From a virus (taxonomy: Duplodnaviria > Caudoviricetes): a stretch of DNA of 27,768 bases. The notes under the pieces are model-generated. The model searched no databases, was not told the DNA's origin, and worked only from the letters and a program-made list of their open reading frames with translations. Shown piece by piece: positions 26,054 to 27,768 of this stretch. The DNA is taken from the IMG/VR virus record IMGVR_UViG_3300033067_001968, positions 1 to 27,768 of that record; one strand, given 5' to 3'. Within the stretch, counting starts at the first letter, position 1, and each line of letters opens with the position of its first letter. The position numbers and the translations under genes are program-made.

Positions 26054-26156
26054 GGTCAGGCCTCTTTCTGCCGGGGCGTCGTGTGCTCCCGACACCTCAC
26101 AATCTAGCCTAGACTGGGCTACCAGTCAACCGGCCTCGGTCGATTTTTGGAAAAAA
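26044..26156 (-). repeat. 113-bp direct repeat, copy 1 (promoter-operator-leader-RBS cassette)
   Basis: Matches 27033-27145 with 2 mismatches (26061/27050, 26087/27076). Confidence 0.97.
26101..26129 (-). promoter_or_regulatory. Sigma70-type promoter TTGACT-17-TAGATT with upstream A/T tract and overlapping palindromes
   Basis: -35 at 26129-26124, -10 at 26106-26101; GACTGG-N4-CCAGTC at 26112-26127. Confidence 0.88.
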
Positions 26157-26175
26157 GTGGCGCCCTGATCGGCAA

Positions 26176-26517
26176 TCAGCGTTTCCTATCCGCGGCCATG
26201 ATCGTCTGTGCGCGCTTCGCGGACCGGGCCGCGAGCGCCCGGGCCTCTGCGCTCGCAGGGCGGCCCACCACGCGCGCGTACGCGTTGGGGTCCTCGTGGA
26301 GCACCATCGCGGCGAAGAGCGCGGCGTCGAGCTTCCCGGAGGCCGCGGCGAGGTCGTGGATCACCTCGAGCACCACGGCGGGGGAGAGGTCGTACCGCTC
26401 GCTCGCGCTCTCGAGCGCGGCGTGCAAGCTGGGCGTCAGGCGAGTCTGGAACCGCGTGGAGCTTTGCCGCTGCTCCTCGGGGATGTAGGCCGTTTTGCGG
26501 CGCTTCGTCGCTGCCAT
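26176..26517 (-). CDS. Ribbon-helix-helix (Arc/CopG-like) DNA-binding protein
   Basis: TRFQTRLTPSLHAALESASERYDLSPAVVLEVI has the RHH pattern; GGAGA RBS before ATG 26517. Confidence 0.7.
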   Translation of the reverse strand: MAATKRRKTAYIPEEQRQSSTRFQTRLTPSLHAALESASERYDLSPAVVLEVIHDLAAASGKLDAALFAAMVLHEDPNAYARVVGRPASAEARALAARSAKRAQTIMAADRKR

Positions 26518-26580
26518 GCTAGGGTCTCCGTGCGCTCCGAAGCGCCGTGTGGGGTCTCTCCGCGGCGCCGAGAGCGCCAC

Positions 26581-26611
26581 GCCCCCCGGGCCGTCGTGGG
26601 CCGCGGGGGGC
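26581..26611 (-). terminator. GC-rich hairpin after the 140-aa ORF (no U-tract)
   Basis: 12-bp stem with one bulge, loop CACGAC on the - strand. Confidence 0.65.
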
Positions 26612-26619
26612 AACTTGGT

Positions 26620-27042
26620 TCAGGCGTACAGGCCGACGTACCCGCCCATCGCCTCGACGCGCCGCGGTTTGCGGCCCCGCATGATGCGGTAGAGGTTCTT
26701 CCCGAGGGCGTCCTCCAGCATGAGGGCGCGGGCTCCTTGGAGCCGTTCCCGCTCGCTCTTGGCCGTACCGAAGTACGCAGCGATGGCGCCGCGGGCGAGG
26801 TAGGCGAGGGCTTCGCGATCGACTCCGTCGATGGCATAGAGGCTGTTGAGCGCCGCTTCGACCTGCGCAAGCGTCGGCCTCGCCCCAGCGAGCGGCCGCG
26901 AGTCGTTCGCGACCGCCGCCACTGCCAGGTACGTCTTGACGGCGCCCTCGTAGATCGCCTTGTCGCTGGTGCCGAGTTTCGAGCGGGTGCTTTCGAGGTT
27001 CTCAAGTCCGAAGGTCGTGGTGCTCATGATCTTGGTTTCCAT
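26620..27042 (-). CDS. Hypothetical helical protein, 140 aa (METKIMS...), driven by repeat copy 2
   Basis: RBS and ATG lie inside the repeat; natural composition; followed by a hairpin. Confidence 0.75.
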   Translation of the reverse strand: METKIMSTTTFGLENLESTRSKLGTSDKAIYEGAVKTYLAVAAVANDSRPLAGARPTLAQVEAALNSLYAIDGVDREALAYLARGAIAAYFGTAKSERERLQGARALMLEDALGKNLYRIMRGRKPRRVEAMGGYVGLYA

Positions 27043-27145
27043 GGTCAGGTCTCTTTCTGCCGGGGCGTCGTGTGCCCCCGACACCTCACAATCTAGCCTA
27101 GACTGGGCTACCAGTCAACCGGCCTCGGTCGATTTTTGGAAAAAA
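27033..27145 (-). repeat. 113-bp direct repeat, copy 2
   Basis: 989 bp from copy 1, 111/113 identical. Confidence 0.97.
27090..27118 (-). promoter_or_regulatory. Sigma70-type promoter TTGACT-17-TAGATT (copy 2)
   Basis: Identical to the copy 1 promoter. Confidence 0.88.
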
Positions 27146-27148
27146 AGA

Positions 27149-27682
27149 TCATTGCCTATCGCAGTGGTTGGCTCGGCAAAACTCGCGCCAGTCCTCTGCG
27201 CTTGCCACCTCCGCGACCTCCCCCACGCTCGGCGCCATCACGCCCACGTCGACGTGATCGAGCCCCATCGCGTGCCCGAGTTCGTGCGCGAAGGCCCGCT
27301 CGATCTGGTCCTCTCGGGCCCTCCCGCGGACGAGCAGCGCGGCCCGAACGGTGCACCGGTCGTAGCCGATGCCGATCTTTTTCGGGTCGCTCGGCGCGTC
27401 GGGGCTGCTCGGGTCGACCCACCCGAGGTGAACCTCCGTCGTGCACGGCCCCTCCGTCGCCGGCGGCACCGACTCCCACGGCGCGCCTTCGACCAGGACG
27501 ACGGCGCCCGTACCCATCCACGCCGTCGCGAGCGCCTCCCGCGCGCGCGCCCGGTGGTCTGCCCGCATGCCCGCTTGGAAGCGCACCGTGAGCCGGAGCA
27601 CTTCGGCCACGCGGGGGGCCTCGCTCGGGGCAGAGCAGGCCAGCAGCGCGGCGAGGAGGGCGAGGAGAACGCTGCGGATCAT
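27149..27682 (-). CDS. Lipoprotein metzincin (matrixin-like) zinc metalloprotease
   Basis: Signal peptide II MIRSVLLALLAALLA-C; HELGHAMGLDH zinc motif; Met-turn GVM. Confidence 0.85.
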   Translation of the reverse strand: MIRSVLLALLAALLACSAPSEAPRVAEVLRLTVRFQAGMRADHRARAREALATAWMGTGAVVLVEGAPWESVPPATEGPCTTEVHLGWVDPSSPDAPSDPKKIGIGYDRCTVRAALLVRGRAREDQIERAFAHELGHAMGLDHVDVGVMAPSVGEVAEVASAEDWREFCRANHCDRQ

Positions 27683-27768
27683 CGGCGGTGCACCTTCGCA
27701 TTCGTTGCTCTGCACGAACTCACTTCCCGACCGCCTCTCCGATGCGACACGCGAGGCACACTTCGCAG

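Noticed and set aside
26054-26095. Shared N-terminal peptide MSGAHDAPAER in the ORF track for 25874-26095 and 26620-27084
   Set aside because: The GTG lies at about the predicted transcription start and the stretch is the leader hairpin; the RBS points to ATG 26053 and 27042. A leaderless longer form cannot be fully excluded.
26044-27145. Repeats as a CRISPR array, IS ends, att sites or DGR template/variable pair
   Set aside because: Two direct 113-bp copies around real genes; no cas, transposase, integrase or reverse transcriptase; content is explained by promoter and RBS, and the repeat is at gene starts rather than a C-terminal variable region.

Overview
High-GC (~70%) stretch of a tailed, contractile-tail (myovirus-type) phage or prophage. 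From 141 to 25193 the + strand carries a nearly continuous, translationally coupled late operon: an HTH protein (probable TerS), TerL, portal, Mu gpI/Z-like protease-scaffold, decoration protein, Mu gpT-like capsid, neck and tail-completion proteins, sheath, tube, tail chaperone with a GGGAAAA -1 frameshift, tape measure, baseplate (including a VgrG-like hub-spike fusion), Gly-rich fibre, small membrane/lysis genes, a six-gene accessory virion module, a GH25 endolysin and an orphan P27-type TerS-like gene. From 25171 to 27682 a convergent - strand region is the most unusual part. It has two near-identical 113-bp cassettes (strong sigma70 promoter, overlapping palindromic operators, leader hairpin, RBS and first codons) in front of unrelated small ORFans, with an RHH regulator between the copies, a single-domain PLD-family nuclease downstream and a lipoprotein metzincin upstream. 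This resembles a modular, auto-regulated early (possibly anti-defence) island. No integrase, transposase, replication gene, RNA gene or CRISPR array is visible. All family assignments come from motif recognition and gene order, not database searches.
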